64,000 nucleotides of DNA from Acidobacteriota bacterium (GTDB lineage Bacteria > Acidobacteriota > UBA6911 > RPQK01 > JAJDTT01), in NCBI GenBank assembly GCA_965209055.1, contig OZ242374.1, positions 1,696,001 through 1,760,000 on the forward strand, given 5' to 3'. Shown here one piece after another: positions 53,130 through 62,763 of the stretch (the first letter of the stretch is position 1; every line of letters starts with the position of its first letter). A model generated the notes under the pieces. That model saw nothing but the letters and a program-made list of their open reading frames with translations, made no database searches and was not told where the DNA came from. Both the position numbers and the translations under genes were made by a program.

Positions 53130-54161
53130 ATGGAAATGAAACTGGCGGGGATTCTGCTGTCGGGACTCGGTCTTATTCTGTCGGCTTCGACTTCCTGCAG
53201 ACAGACTTCCCAACTGGTTCCTCCCGACGAGTACGGTTCCCTCTACCCCGTGACGCTGCGCCTGGAAAACGGCGCGCCCCTTCTCAAGATCGGCTTCAGT
53301 TCGCGGGGGGTCCAGAAACTGACGACCTTGGACGAGCCCGAACTGGACTGGATCTACCCGGGCGCCTACAGCGCCTGGGACTATACGGAGTGGCACTGGT
53401 GGAAGGGGCATCCGTTCGACTTTCGCGCACGCGGATTCGAAAACCCGGCCTACTGGGACTCTTTTCGTCCCCGTTTCCAGGGGAATCCGCGAGTGGATGC
53501 AGGGAGGACGGGCAAGGGATACCTGGGGATCGAATTCGAAAGCGACGGTCTCACGTTTCGACAGGACTATCTCCTGCCCGCCACGGCCGGCCGCGATCGA
53601 GTTCACTGGGACATGATCTTCACCGCCGCCAACTCGACCGGGCGATCGATTGAAGAGTACGGGCATTTTTTTGCCTGCTACACCTCGGTCAACGGCCGGC
53701 GTTCCCACTGGTTCTGGGACGCCGGAGGAGAGTTGGCGCTCTGGGCGGATCGAGGAGTCGGCCATCTGGACGGCTACGTGAGCAGTCCGGAAGCCTATTT
53801 TCAACGAGCAGGGGAAATTCCCCATTGCCCCCGGGGGGACGGCCGCCTGATCGGCACTTGGCATCATCCGGTGCTGGTTTCCCGATCCTCACCCGCGGGC
53901 TGGCGATCAGTGATCCTGCTGGACCCGGAGACCACGGCCGCCGTCACCTGCGGCATGGAGGGGACCGCCATGGACTTCATCTTCTACCCCGGCCACAAAA
54001 GGCGTGTCTTTCCGCCCGAAGACAGATTCCGGTCCCATCTCCGGCACCTCATGGTGAAGCATCCCGGGCTCCCGACGCGGGACCAACTGGAGGACTGGTG
54101 GTCGGAGTTCCAGCAGGCGAGGCCGGATCTCGCAAGGCGGCTGGACGATCTTGGAGAGTGA
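53130..54161 (+). CDS. Exported hypothetical protein
   Basis: Long ORF with signal peptide and host-like codon usage. Confidence 0.55.
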   Translation: MEMKLAGILLSGLGLILSASTSCRQTSQLVPPDEYGSLYPVTLRLENGAPLLKIGFSSRGVQKLTTLDEPELDWIYPGAYSAWDYTEWHWWKGHPFDFRARGFENPAYWDSFRPRFQGNPRVDAGRTGKGYLGIEFESDGLTFRQDYLLPATAGRDRVHWDMIFTAANSTGRSIEEYGHFFACYTSVNGRRSHWFWDAGGELALWADRGVGHLDGYVSSPEAYFQRAGEIPHCPRGDGRLIGTWHHPVLVSRSSPAGWRSVILLDPETTAAVTCGMEGTAMDFIFYPGHKRRVFPPEDRFRSHLRHLMVKHPGLPTRDQLEDWWSEFQQARPDLARRLDDLGE

Positions 54162-54187
54162 CGGGACCAGCGGCCGTTCCCGGCGCC

Positions 54188-55648
54188 TCAATTCCCGGCG
54201 ACGGCGTGAAGGAGCCGGAGCAAACTTTCGCGAACCTTGGCTTCGGCCTCCACCGCCAGATAGCTGGACCGCGCCCGCCAGGTCTCATAGCCCCCCAATT
54301 CGTGCTGCCGGACGGTGGGAAGGTAACCGTTGTATCCATTGGCTAATTCGATCACGAAAGTCGGCCGCAGCGGGCTCTCCTTCTTGATGGCCAGACCGGT
54401 CTCGACGAAGGTCTCGCAGGGTGTGCTGACGATTCCCAGGTCCCCGATGCGGATCGCCTGCAGCCGGACCGGAACCCTTGCCGGATATTCGGCCAGCAGC
54501 ACCGTCTCGCGGGCGTAGATGGCCCGGCGTTCCCGGTAGGGACCGGGTCCCGCGTCTGCCAGGATCTTCCGGGCCCGATCCAGGTCGTCCCGGTCCGGCA
54601 GTCGGACCCCCAGTTCGATTTCCGCCTGTCTGGAAGCCAGATGCACCCAGTCGTGATACTCGATCCTCCGGTAGGCATGATGCGCCGAATCGGCCACGTC
54701 GGCCGCCACCCGCCGGATCTGCTCGAAGGGCCGGCGGCGGACACCCGGCTCGAAGAAGTTGACGTTATTGATGTCGGCGCTGGTTCCGTTGGACATGATG
54801 CCCACGAAGGGAGGATCCACCTCCTCGGCTCCGACGCGCTGCGCGATCTGCGTGGCGAATTCTCCGAAGTAGTCCGCCGAGAGGCCGCCGGGCGCCACAC
54901 CGCCCACGTAGTGCAGCGAGTAATTGGCCAGCAGGGCCAGCGGACGCCCGTCCCGGGACTGCACCGAGAGGACGGGAACCTCCGGGTCGATGGGACCGGC
55001 CGGCGCCAGCAACCGGCTGCTGCCCGACGCCGGATTCATCTGCACGCGATCGGTCCCGGCGTCGAACGGATCCACATACCGGTAACCGGGACGCATGAAC
55101 CAGCGCCGGTTGAAAACCTGACGGGCGTTGTTGCCCACCGCCCAACCGACTCGCGCCGCTTCCAGCCGGGAGGCGGCTTCGATGATGGAAAGGGCGATTC
55201 GATCCTTCAGGAACTCCCGGTAGGCTGCTTCAGGCTCGCTCTGGAAGACTCCGCCGACGGTGACGGCGGAATGAGTGTGGGTTGCCGACACCAGCATGTT
55301 CCCGGCTGGGATGCCGGTCGAAGCCGACGCCTTCTCGCGGGCGGCGTCGATGATGTCCCGGGGAATCATGCAACTGTCGACGACCACGATGGCGATCCGG
55401 ACCGTTCCGTTGTCCAACACCAGGGCGCGCGAGTTGAGGGGATCGTGGGCCTTCCCTGCCGAGCGGTCGCTCATGCTCCCGTTGGACGAGACCGGAAAAG
55501 TCCGGGGAGTGACGTCGATCACCGAGGCGCCGGCACGCAGGGCCTTCTCCTCTCCGTGAGCTTCGGATGGCCGGCCCGTTCCCATCAAGCCCAAAACCAC
55601 CAGACCGGAGACAGGAAGCCACCGCCGCAAAGTCGAATTCAATTTCAT
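54188..55648 (-). CDS. Neutral/alkaline ceramidase-like protein
   Basis: HDPLNSRALVL, SATHTHS, SADYFG, ELANGYNGYLPT...GGYE. Confidence 0.75.
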   Translation of the reverse strand: MKLNSTLRRWLPVSGLVVLGLMGTGRPSEAHGEEKALRAGASVIDVTPRTFPVSSNGSMSDRSAGKAHDPLNSRALVLDNGTVRIAIVVVDSCMIPRDIIDAAREKASASTGIPAGNMLVSATHTHSAVTVGGVFQSEPEAAYREFLKDRIALSIIEAASRLEAARVGWAVGNNARQVFNRRWFMRPGYRYVDPFDAGTDRVQMNPASGSSRLLAPAGPIDPEVPVLSVQSRDGRPLALLANYSLHYVGGVAPGGLSADYFGEFATQIAQRVGAEEVDPPFVGIMSNGTSADINNVNFFEPGVRRRPFEQIRRVAADVADSAHHAYRRIEYHDWVHLASRQAEIELGVRLPDRDDLDRARKILADAGPGPYRERRAIYARETVLLAEYPARVPVRLQAIRIGDLGIVSTPCETFVETGLAIKKESPLRPTFVIELANGYNGYLPTVRQHELGGYETWRARSSYLAVEAEAKVRESLLRLLHAVAGN

Positions 55649-55889
55649 CGTTCGCCACTCCCGAAAGATTCGGAGCGAAAAGGTCGCCCCAAGAGTTTCC
55701 TCACCCGCACGAATCAGATTCTGGCCACGGGGAACTTATTTCTCAACACCCGGAGTCCAGGATGTTCGACTGATCCTGAAGGCCGTTGGTAATCGCCCGG
55801 CGGCCACCGGGCGATTACCGGCACGGAAAACGCACCCTCCGCGGCAGTGTAGCCCCGGCCGAAAAGCGGAGATTCGCCGCCCCGCTCCT

Positions 55890-56500
55890 TGCCCAACTCC
55901 AGACTGTCCCTGTTTGAGTCTCCCCCATTTCCGGACTGTCCCCATTTCCACGAGATCGGGACTGTACCCATTTCCACCCTGAGATCCAGACTGTCCCCAT
56001 TTCCCGCATTTCCCCCAAGACTGTCCCCATTTCCCCCATTTCCCTGCCCAACTCCGGACTGTCCCTGTTTGAGTCTCCCCCATTTCCAGACTGTCCCCAT
56101 TTCCCTTTCCACGAGATCCAGACTGTCCCCAACTCCCCCCAGATCCAGACTGTCCCCAACTCCCCCCCATTTCCGGACTGTCCCCATTTCCACGAGATCG
56201 GGACTGTCCCCATTTCCACGAGATCGGGACTGTCCCCATTTCCCGAGATCGGGACTGTCCCCATTTCCCGAGATCGGGACTGTCCCCATTTCCACCCTGA
56301 GATCCAGACTGTCCCCATTTCCCCCATTTCCCTGCCCAACTCCGGACTGTCCCTGTTTGAGTCTCCCCCATTTCCAGACTGTCCCCATTTCCCTTTCCAC
56401 GAGATCCAGACTGTCCCCAACTCCCCCCATTCCCAGACTCGAAATCTAGACTGTCCCCATTTCCAGGGACCCGAGACTTGAGATCCAGACTGTCCCCATA
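55890..56500. repeat. Array of about 20 co-oriented GACTGTCCC cores
   Basis: 19 exact copies plus one GACTGTACCC, with related C/T-rich linkers and higher-order duplications. Confidence 0.9.
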
Positions 56501-56572
56501 TCCAGGGACCTGGCTCCCGGCTTGGAGCGGACGGCCTCGACAGGTAGTCTTGATGGAAACCTGGGTCGTGGA

Positions 56573-57751
56573 ATGAAGAGAGTGATGTCCGGACGCGATG
56601 CCGGCAAGCGGCGAGACCCACGCCGTCCGGGTACGGTGGTGCTGGCCATGGGGTGGTTGGCCGGTTGCGCCCTGGCTCCGGAGGCGGAGTCCCCGGACAG
56701 CGGCTTCAGCATCGCCGAGAGCGGAGAAGAGATCGTCATCTCGGGACCGGCCCTGGAGGCCCGGATCCGGAAGCAGGGCTACGTCAGCGGAGTGGCCGGA
56801 GGTTCGTTCCTGGACCGGAAGACAGGCTTTCGCGACGCCGGACATGGTCTCCATATCGCCGACTTCCTGCTGGAGCCGGGCAGCGCCGATTCCGATGGTG
56901 GTCAGCCCCCCGATGAGTTGCGCTACCTGGATGACCCTCTCATCCATGGATTGCGCCCCAAGCGGATCGTGGAGGGTCCCCAGATCTGCACCCGGGCGCG
57001 GCGCCTCTCGCCCCGGCTGGTGGAGGGCCCGGACTTCGTGGCGGTCACCATGGACTTCACATACACCGTGGCGGCGCCGGGAAAGCAGCCGGGATCGAAG
57101 TGGACCCAGACCATCGTGTTTCCGGCCGGCGCGCGTTACTTCGTGTCCAGCGACCGGATCGATTCGGTCAACGACAGCGACTCCCTGTTCCTCCGCATCG
57201 ACATGCCCGGCCACATCAAGCACCGGGGGGGAGACGTCTTCAGCGAGGTCTACCTGAGCTACTTCGGCAAGATTCCGGCGGACCGGTTCCTCACCGATTT
57301 CGGTCCGGACGGCAGTTTCAACTATCGGACGGACCGGAATGAACGCCCCTCGAGATTCATCCGCGCCTACCGGTTGCGGGACCCGGAATCAGGGCGGGAC
57401 GGACCCTGGCTCGCCGGGATGACTCTCGATCCGGACACCGTATACGAAGCTTGGTGCCATCAGCGGGGTTACGTCTGCATGATCCAGGAGCTGGGCGGTC
57501 ATCCGATCCGGGCGGGAGAATCCTTCGGCGCCGCCTACGTCGTCGGCTACTTCGACTCCATCGACGAGATGAACCGGGTCTACGACCGCTACGCGGGTCA
57601 CCGCGGACTCTTCGTGGACCGGAATCGGTGGCGGCTGACGAAACGGGTTTCGGGGAGCGAAAGGGAGGCAGGGGCTCCCCTTGTGGATGCCCTCTTCGGT
57701 CCAAACCGGAGCAGATTGCGGCATTTCAAGGGTCCGGGAGGTGGAGGATGA
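56573..57751 (+). CDS. Hypothetical protein, possibly a lipoprotein
   Basis: LAGC lipobox-like motif; long ORF. Confidence 0.6.
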   Translation: MKRVMSGRDAGKRRDPRRPGTVVLAMGWLAGCALAPEAESPDSGFSIAESGEEIVISGPALEARIRKQGYVSGVAGGSFLDRKTGFRDAGHGLHIADFLLEPGSADSDGGQPPDELRYLDDPLIHGLRPKRIVEGPQICTRARRLSPRLVEGPDFVAVTMDFTYTVAAPGKQPGSKWTQTIVFPAGARYFVSSDRIDSVNDSDSLFLRIDMPGHIKHRGGDVFSEVYLSYFGKIPADRFLTDFGPDGSFNYRTDRNERPSRFIRAYRLRDPESGRDGPWLAGMTLDPDTVYEAWCHQRGYVCMIQELGGHPIRAGESFGAAYVVGYFDSIDEMNRVYDRYAGHRGLFVDRNRWRLTKRVSGSEREAGAPLVDALFGPNRSRLRHFKGPGGGG

Positions 57752-60078
57752 TACGAATGGTTTCCGCGGTCCTGGCCGCCGCAATACTGTCTGTGAGCCT
57801 CGCCGCGGGTACCGGAAGCCGTCTGCCCGGAACCCGTCCGCTGCGGATGAAAGGGGACCTGTCTCTGCAATTGGTGGAGGACATCGACCGGTTCCTGCTG
57901 CGGCGGATCGCCGATTCGCCACAAGTAAGAGGACGACTCTGGAGCTGGGACTACTCGTCCCCGCAGGCGTACCTGGAATCGATCGAGCGCAACCGGGATC
58001 GATTTCGGCGGCGCATCGGCGCGGTGGACGACAGACTCCCGGTGCAGGACCTGGAGTTGGTGGGGACTCTCACCCGTCCGTCCCTGGTGGCCGAAAACAG
58101 GCGGCTGGGTGTGTACGCCGTCCGCTGGCCGGTCCTGGACGGCGTGGACGCGGAAGGGTTGCTGTTGGAGCCTGCCGGAAAAGCCAGCGCCCAGGTCGTG
58201 GTCATCCCCGACGCCGACTGGACACCCGAGATGTTGGCCGGCCTGGACCCGCAGACGCCGCCCCGGCTTCAGGCCGCCCGGATTCTGGCGGAGGCGGGTT
58301 GCCGGGTCCTGGTGCCGGTGCTGATCGACCGCAGGAACACCTGGTCGGGAAACCCCAGGGTCCGGATGAGCAACCAGACGCACCGGGAATTCATCTACCG
58401 GCAGGCCTATTTCATGGGGCGGCATCTGCTCGGTTACGAGGTACAGAAGGTCCTGGCGGCCCTGGACTACTTCGCCCGCAACGTGTCCGGCGCGGCGGGC
58501 TTCGACACTCCTCTGGGGATCGCCGGCCACGGGGAGGGCGGCCTGGTCGCCCTCTATGCCGCCGCATTGGATCCGAGGGCGCGGGCCACTTTGGTGAGCG
58601 GCTACTTCCAACCGCGGGAGGGCGTCTGGCAGGAGCCGGTCTACCGCAACGTCTGGGGCCTGCTCCAGGAATTCGGGGACGCCGAGATCGCGAGCCTGAT
58701 CGCGCCCCGCGCACTGATGGTGGAGGCCTCCCGCGGTCCGGAGGTTCCCGGCCCTCCGCCGCCTCGAAACGGCCGCATGGACGCGTCGTCCGGCAAGCTG
58801 GAGACTCCGCCCCTGGACGGTGTCCGGGCCGAGTTCCGGCGGGCCCGCGAGCATTTCAAACGGCTCGGCTTTCCGGACCGCCTCCGGCTGGTCGTCAGCG
58901 GCTCCGGAAAGGGCCCCCCGTTCTCCCCCGAAGCACTTGAGGAACTGCTCTCAGCCCTGGACGGCGGACTCACCCTTCCCGGTGAGATCACCCGGACGGA
59001 GCCACTGCGGGATCGGCGTGCCGATTTCGACCCCGCGACGCGGATGGAGCGCCAGTACCGGCAGTTGGTGGAGCATTGCCAGCAACTGATGAGACTCGGT
59101 TCCTTTCGGCGCCGACAGTTCTGGTCCGGGGCGGACGCCTCGTCCCTGGACCGATGGGCTCGAACCTCGCGCCAATACCGGGCGCACCTGTGGCATGAAA
59201 TCATCGGATGGCTTCCCCCGGCCAGCGTCAAGCCCAATCCGCGGACGCGCCAGATCTACGAAACGGACCTTTGGAAGGGTTACGAGGTGGTGCTCGACAC
59301 TTGGCCCGGCGTCTTCAGCTACGGCGTGATCCTGGTGCCCGGGGATCTGAAACCGGGAGAACGGCGCCCCGTCGTAGTCGCCCAGCATGGCCGGGCCGGG
59401 AGACCGCAGGACGTCTGCGACCCGGCGAAAGACCAAGCCCCCTACCATGCCTTCGGCGCCCAACTGGCCGACCGCGGTTTTGTCGTCTACGCCCCTCAGA
59501 ATCTCTACATCGGCGAGGAGAAGTACCGCGCGTTGCAGCGGAAGGCGAACCCGCTCAAGCTGACTTTCTTCGCGCCCATGGTGCGCCAACACCAGCGGGT
59601 CCTGGAGTGGCTCGCCACGCTCCCCTTCGTCGACGCCGATCGCATCGGTTTCTACGGGCTCTCCTACGGCGGCAAGTCGGCCATGCTGATCCCGGCGGTG
59701 CTGGAGAACTATGCGCTTTCCATCTGTTCCGGCGACTTCAATGAGGAGGTCTGGAAACATGTGAGCATCGATCTCCCCTACAGCTTCATGTTGACCAAGC
59801 AGCATGAGCACAGCGAGTTCGATTTCGGCGAGAAGTTCAATTACGCCGAGATCGCCGGCCTGATCGCACCCCGGCCCTTCATGGTGGAGCGGGGGCATCG
59901 AGACGGCGTGGGGGAGGACGAGTGGGTGGCCTTTGAATACGCCAAAGTGCGCCGCCTCTATGTGAATCTGGGAATCGGGGACCGGACCCGGATCGAGTAC
60001 TTCGACGGAGGCCACGAGATCCACGGCAAAGGCACTTTCGAGTTCCTCCACCGGCACCTGCGCTGGCCGGCACGTTGA
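57748..60078 (+). CDS. Two-domain alpha/beta hydrolase (dienelactone hydrolase-like)
   Basis: GHGEGG and GLSYGG nucleophile-elbow motifs; FDGGHEI. Confidence 0.75.
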   Translation: MIRMVSAVLAAAILSVSLAAGTGSRLPGTRPLRMKGDLSLQLVEDIDRFLLRRIADSPQVRGRLWSWDYSSPQAYLESIERNRDRFRRRIGAVDDRLPVQDLELVGTLTRPSLVAENRRLGVYAVRWPVLDGVDAEGLLLEPAGKASAQVVVIPDADWTPEMLAGLDPQTPPRLQAARILAEAGCRVLVPVLIDRRNTWSGNPRVRMSNQTHREFIYRQAYFMGRHLLGYEVQKVLAALDYFARNVSGAAGFDTPLGIAGHGEGGLVALYAAALDPRARATLVSGYFQPREGVWQEPVYRNVWGLLQEFGDAEIASLIAPRALMVEASRGPEVPGPPPPRNGRMDASSGKLETPPLDGVRAEFRRAREHFKRLGFPDRLRLVVSGSGKGPPFSPEALEELLSALDGGLTLPGEITRTEPLRDRRADFDPATRMERQYRQLVEHCQQLMRLGSFRRRQFWSGADASSLDRWARTSRQYRAHLWHEIIGWLPPASVKPNPRTRQIYETDLWKGYEVVLDTWPGVFSYGVILVPGDLKPGERRPVVVAQHGRAGRPQDVCDPAKDQAPYHAFGAQLADRGFVVYAPQNLYIGEEKYRALQRKANPLKLTFFAPMVRQHQRVLEWLATLPFVDADRIGFYGLSYGGKSAMLIPAVLENYALSICSGDFNEEVWKHVSIDLPYSFMLTKQHEHSEFDFGEKFNYAEIAGLIAPRPFMVERGHRDGVGEDEWVAFEYAKVRRLYVNLGIGDRTRIEYFDGGHEIHGKGTFEFLHRHLRWPAR

Positions 60079-60135
60079 TTTCCGGCCAACCGCTTCCCTC
60101 CTCTGCAAGTTGGAGAGATAATACCGTCAAGTTCC

Positions 60136-60615
60136 ATGTCGGCACGACGTTCCCTGAAGTTGCCCGTCATCACGGTCTGCCTGCTGATCCTGGCCGCTTG
60201 CAAAGCGCCTCCCGGGACGCCGGAGCCCGTTGCCGTTGAGCAAGAGGATTCGAACCGGGATGGGAGGATGTTCCGGGCGTTCCACCACATCGGGCTTCCC
60301 ACCGAAGATCCCCAGCCTGACGAAACCTATGTGGAAGAGACCAAGGTCTGGGTGACCGATCCGGCCGATCATCCGTTCCGCGTCGAGTATCTCCGTTACG
60401 AGGCCGACTCGCCCGTCACCGGACCCTTGCGGGAAAAGGCTCACGTGGCCTATCGCGTCGAAGAACTCAAGACGGCGCTCGAAGGCAAGGATCTGCTCCT
60501 GGAGCCCTTCACCCCCATGCCCGGCCTCAGCGTCGCCTTCTTCGAGGAGGACGGGGTCGTGATCGAGTACATGCAATTTGAAGGGGGCGCCACCGAGTTC
60601 GACGACCTGAATTGA
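60136..60615 (+). CDS. VOC-fold-like protein
   Basis: FHHIGLP...HVAYRV...VAF...IEY. Confidence 0.6.
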   Translation: MSARRSLKLPVITVCLLILAACKAPPGTPEPVAVEQEDSNRDGRMFRAFHHIGLPTEDPQPDETYVEETKVWVTDPADHPFRVEYLRYEADSPVTGPLREKAHVAYRVEELKTALEGKDLLLEPFTPMPGLSVAFFEEDGVVIEYMQFEGGATEFDDLN

Positions 60616-60635
60616 GGACGGGCCGAATCGCGGAA

Positions 60636-61571
60636 TCAGGAGAACAGGCTCTGCAGCGTGACCTCTTCCTGCCGGGCCAGCGAGCGCTTGCCCGCTTCCA
60701 GCGCCGCGATGACTTCGACCTCCTCCTCGATGGGCACCGACTCCTCACCCGTCCGGACGTAGTCCAGGACCGCTTGCAGCAGGTGCCAGTAGAGGTCGCT
60801 CAGATCGGGCTTCACCGTGCGCCAACCCTTCTTGCCGAAGAGGCTGATCTGATACCCGGAACGCATCCACTGCCGCTCCCCCACCATCAACACCACGTCG
60901 CGGTGGTCGGCGAACCGGATCCGGACCACGTTCAGGCCGGGCTGGCCCACGTTCACGGCCGAAACGGCGCCCCCTCCCAGCACGGCATAGATCATGGAAA
61001 GGGCGTGGATGCCGTAGTAGATCAGTTCGTTGGCGCAGACGGCCTGGGCCAGATAGACGGGGCCCAGTTCCGGCAGTTGCGCTCTCAGCCGCAGGATATC
61101 CGGAACGAACCTCAGAGAACTGGCCGACATGAACGGAGTCCCGGTCTCGCGAGCCACGTCCGCCACCGCTTTGGCGCCTCGGGCGCTCATGGCCAGCGGT
61201 TTGTCGCAGAACGTGGGGATTCCGGTTCTCAAGGGATGGATCGCGTACCTGGAATGCTCGCCCGACCCGTCGTCGACGAGGATCGCCAGGTCGACGCCGG
61301 CGGCGCATGCTTCCGGCGTCCGGCAGACGGTGGGAATGTTGCAGGCGGCGGCCAGACGTCGGGCCCAGACCCGCTCCTGGTCCCACACCTTGACCACCCG
61401 GGCGCCCTTGATCCGTTTCCGGGCCCGGACGAAGGTCCAGTCGTACTTGCGGACTTCCGATTCGTCGAACCCGTTGAAGGTGGAGGCGAAGGCGGTCCCG
61501 TGATGGGAGCCGGGCCTTCGGGGTTCCGTCCCGTAGCGATAGGTGGCCGCCGAGATGAGACCGATGCGCAC
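60636..61571 (-). CDS. Gfo/Idh/MocA-like oxidoreductase
   Basis: FCDKPLA, SASSLRF, YYGIH. Confidence 0.7.
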   Translation of the reverse strand: MRIGLISAATYRYGTEPRRPGSHHGTAFASTFNGFDESEVRKYDWTFVRARKRIKGARVVKVWDQERVWARRLAAACNIPTVCRTPEACAAGVDLAILVDDGSGEHSRYAIHPLRTGIPTFCDKPLAMSARGAKAVADVARETGTPFMSASSLRFVPDILRLRAQLPELGPVYLAQAVCANELIYYGIHALSMIYAVLGGGAVSAVNVGQPGLNVVRIRFADHRDVVLMVGERQWMRSGYQISLFGKKGWRTVKPDLSDLYWHLLQAVLDYVRTGEESVPIEEEVEVIAALEAGKRSLARQEEVTLQSLFS

Positions 61572-61724
61572 GCTGTTGCTCCCTTCGCGCCGGGGGGCCG
61601 GCTTGACTCGCCGTGACGCGCCAACCTATTCTGCCACAACACTATATCCGGGGAGATCCGAAGATCCCCCCCCGCTTCGTCCGGCGCCGGGCGGTACCCG
61701 GCGCATCCTTCCGGGAGCAGGAAC

Positions 61725-62744
61725 ATGGACAAGACGAGATACGGAGTCATCGGGCTGGGCTGGTTCGGAGAGAAGCACCTGGAAGCGCTCACCGGCAATC
61801 CGGGCGTCGAGATCCATGCCCTGTGCACCCGGACCCCGGAACGGCTGGCCCAGGTCGCCGAACGCTTCCAGGTCCGGAGGACCTACACCGATTATCGCGA
61901 GATGCTGGCCGATCCGGGGCTGGACAGCGTCAGCATCACCACCATGTGGGACCAGCATCGGGACCCCACTTTGGCGGCGCTGGAGGCCGGAAAGCACGTC
62001 TTTCTGGAGAAGCCCATGGCTTCCACCGTCGAAGACTGCCAAGCCATCGTGGACGCGGCGGCGGCTTCGCCGGGCAAGTTCATGGTGGGCCACATCTGCC
62101 GCTTCAATCCCCGCTACGCCGCGGCCAAGCAGGCGGTGGACGAAGGCCGGCTGGGAAGGATCGTGGCGCTCTACGCCCGGCGCAACCTCCCGGCCTGGAT
62201 CGGGTCCCAGGTGCTGGACAAGATCGGCCCCATCATCGGAGACGGCGTGCACGACACCGACCTCATGCTCTGGTTCACCGGCGCCCGGATCGTCAGCGCC
62301 TATGGCCAGACGGTGGCGGTCCACGGGCACGAGTACCCCGACGCGGGACACGCCATGTACCGTTTCGACAATGGAGCCACCGGAGTGATCGAGGACGTCT
62401 GGTGCCTGCCGGAGAAGACCCCGTTCCAGATCGACGAGCGGATGGAGGTCATCGGCACCGAAGGATCGATTCAGGTCCATGACACCCATCCCAACCTGAC
62501 CATCGTCGACGGGGAGGGGGTCCGCTGTCCGGACACCACCTATTGGCCGGATATTCACGGGGCCTGCACCGGAGCCCTGCGGGAAGAGTTGAACTACTTC
62601 GTCCGCAGCATCATCGACGATACCCCGATCGAGGTGATCACGCCCCAGGAGTCTCTGGAGGCGGTTCGCGCCTGCCTGGCGGCCGAAGAGTCCGCCAGGA
62701 CCGGACAGGTCGTCCATTTGGACCAGGGCGGTTTCGAGCGGTGA
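61725..62744 (+). CDS. Gfo/Idh/MocA oxidoreductase
   Basis: GVIGLGWFG, GKHVFLEKP, HDTD. Confidence 0.85.
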   Translation: MDKTRYGVIGLGWFGEKHLEALTGNPGVEIHALCTRTPERLAQVAERFQVRRTYTDYREMLADPGLDSVSITTMWDQHRDPTLAALEAGKHVFLEKPMASTVEDCQAIVDAAAASPGKFMVGHICRFNPRYAAAKQAVDEGRLGRIVALYARRNLPAWIGSQVLDKIGPIIGDGVHDTDLMLWFTGARIVSAYGQTVAVHGHEYPDAGHAMYRFDNGATGVIEDVWCLPEKTPFQIDERMEVIGTEGSIQVHDTHPNLTIVDGEGVRCPDTTYWPDIHGACTGALREELNYFVRSIIDDTPIEVITPQESLEAVRACLAAEESARTGQVVHLDQGGFER

Positions 62745-62763
62745 AGCCGGGGGGTTGGCCAAC

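Noticed and set aside
55890-56500. CRISPR array
   Set aside because: The core is only about 9-11 bp, the linkers are related to each other and repeated rather than unique, and there are no cas genes in the window.
55714-57223. Long repetitive ORFs across the array (MGTV/WGQS/GDS repeats)
   Set aside because: Several frames are open simply because the repeat lacks stop codons; there is no other coding evidence.
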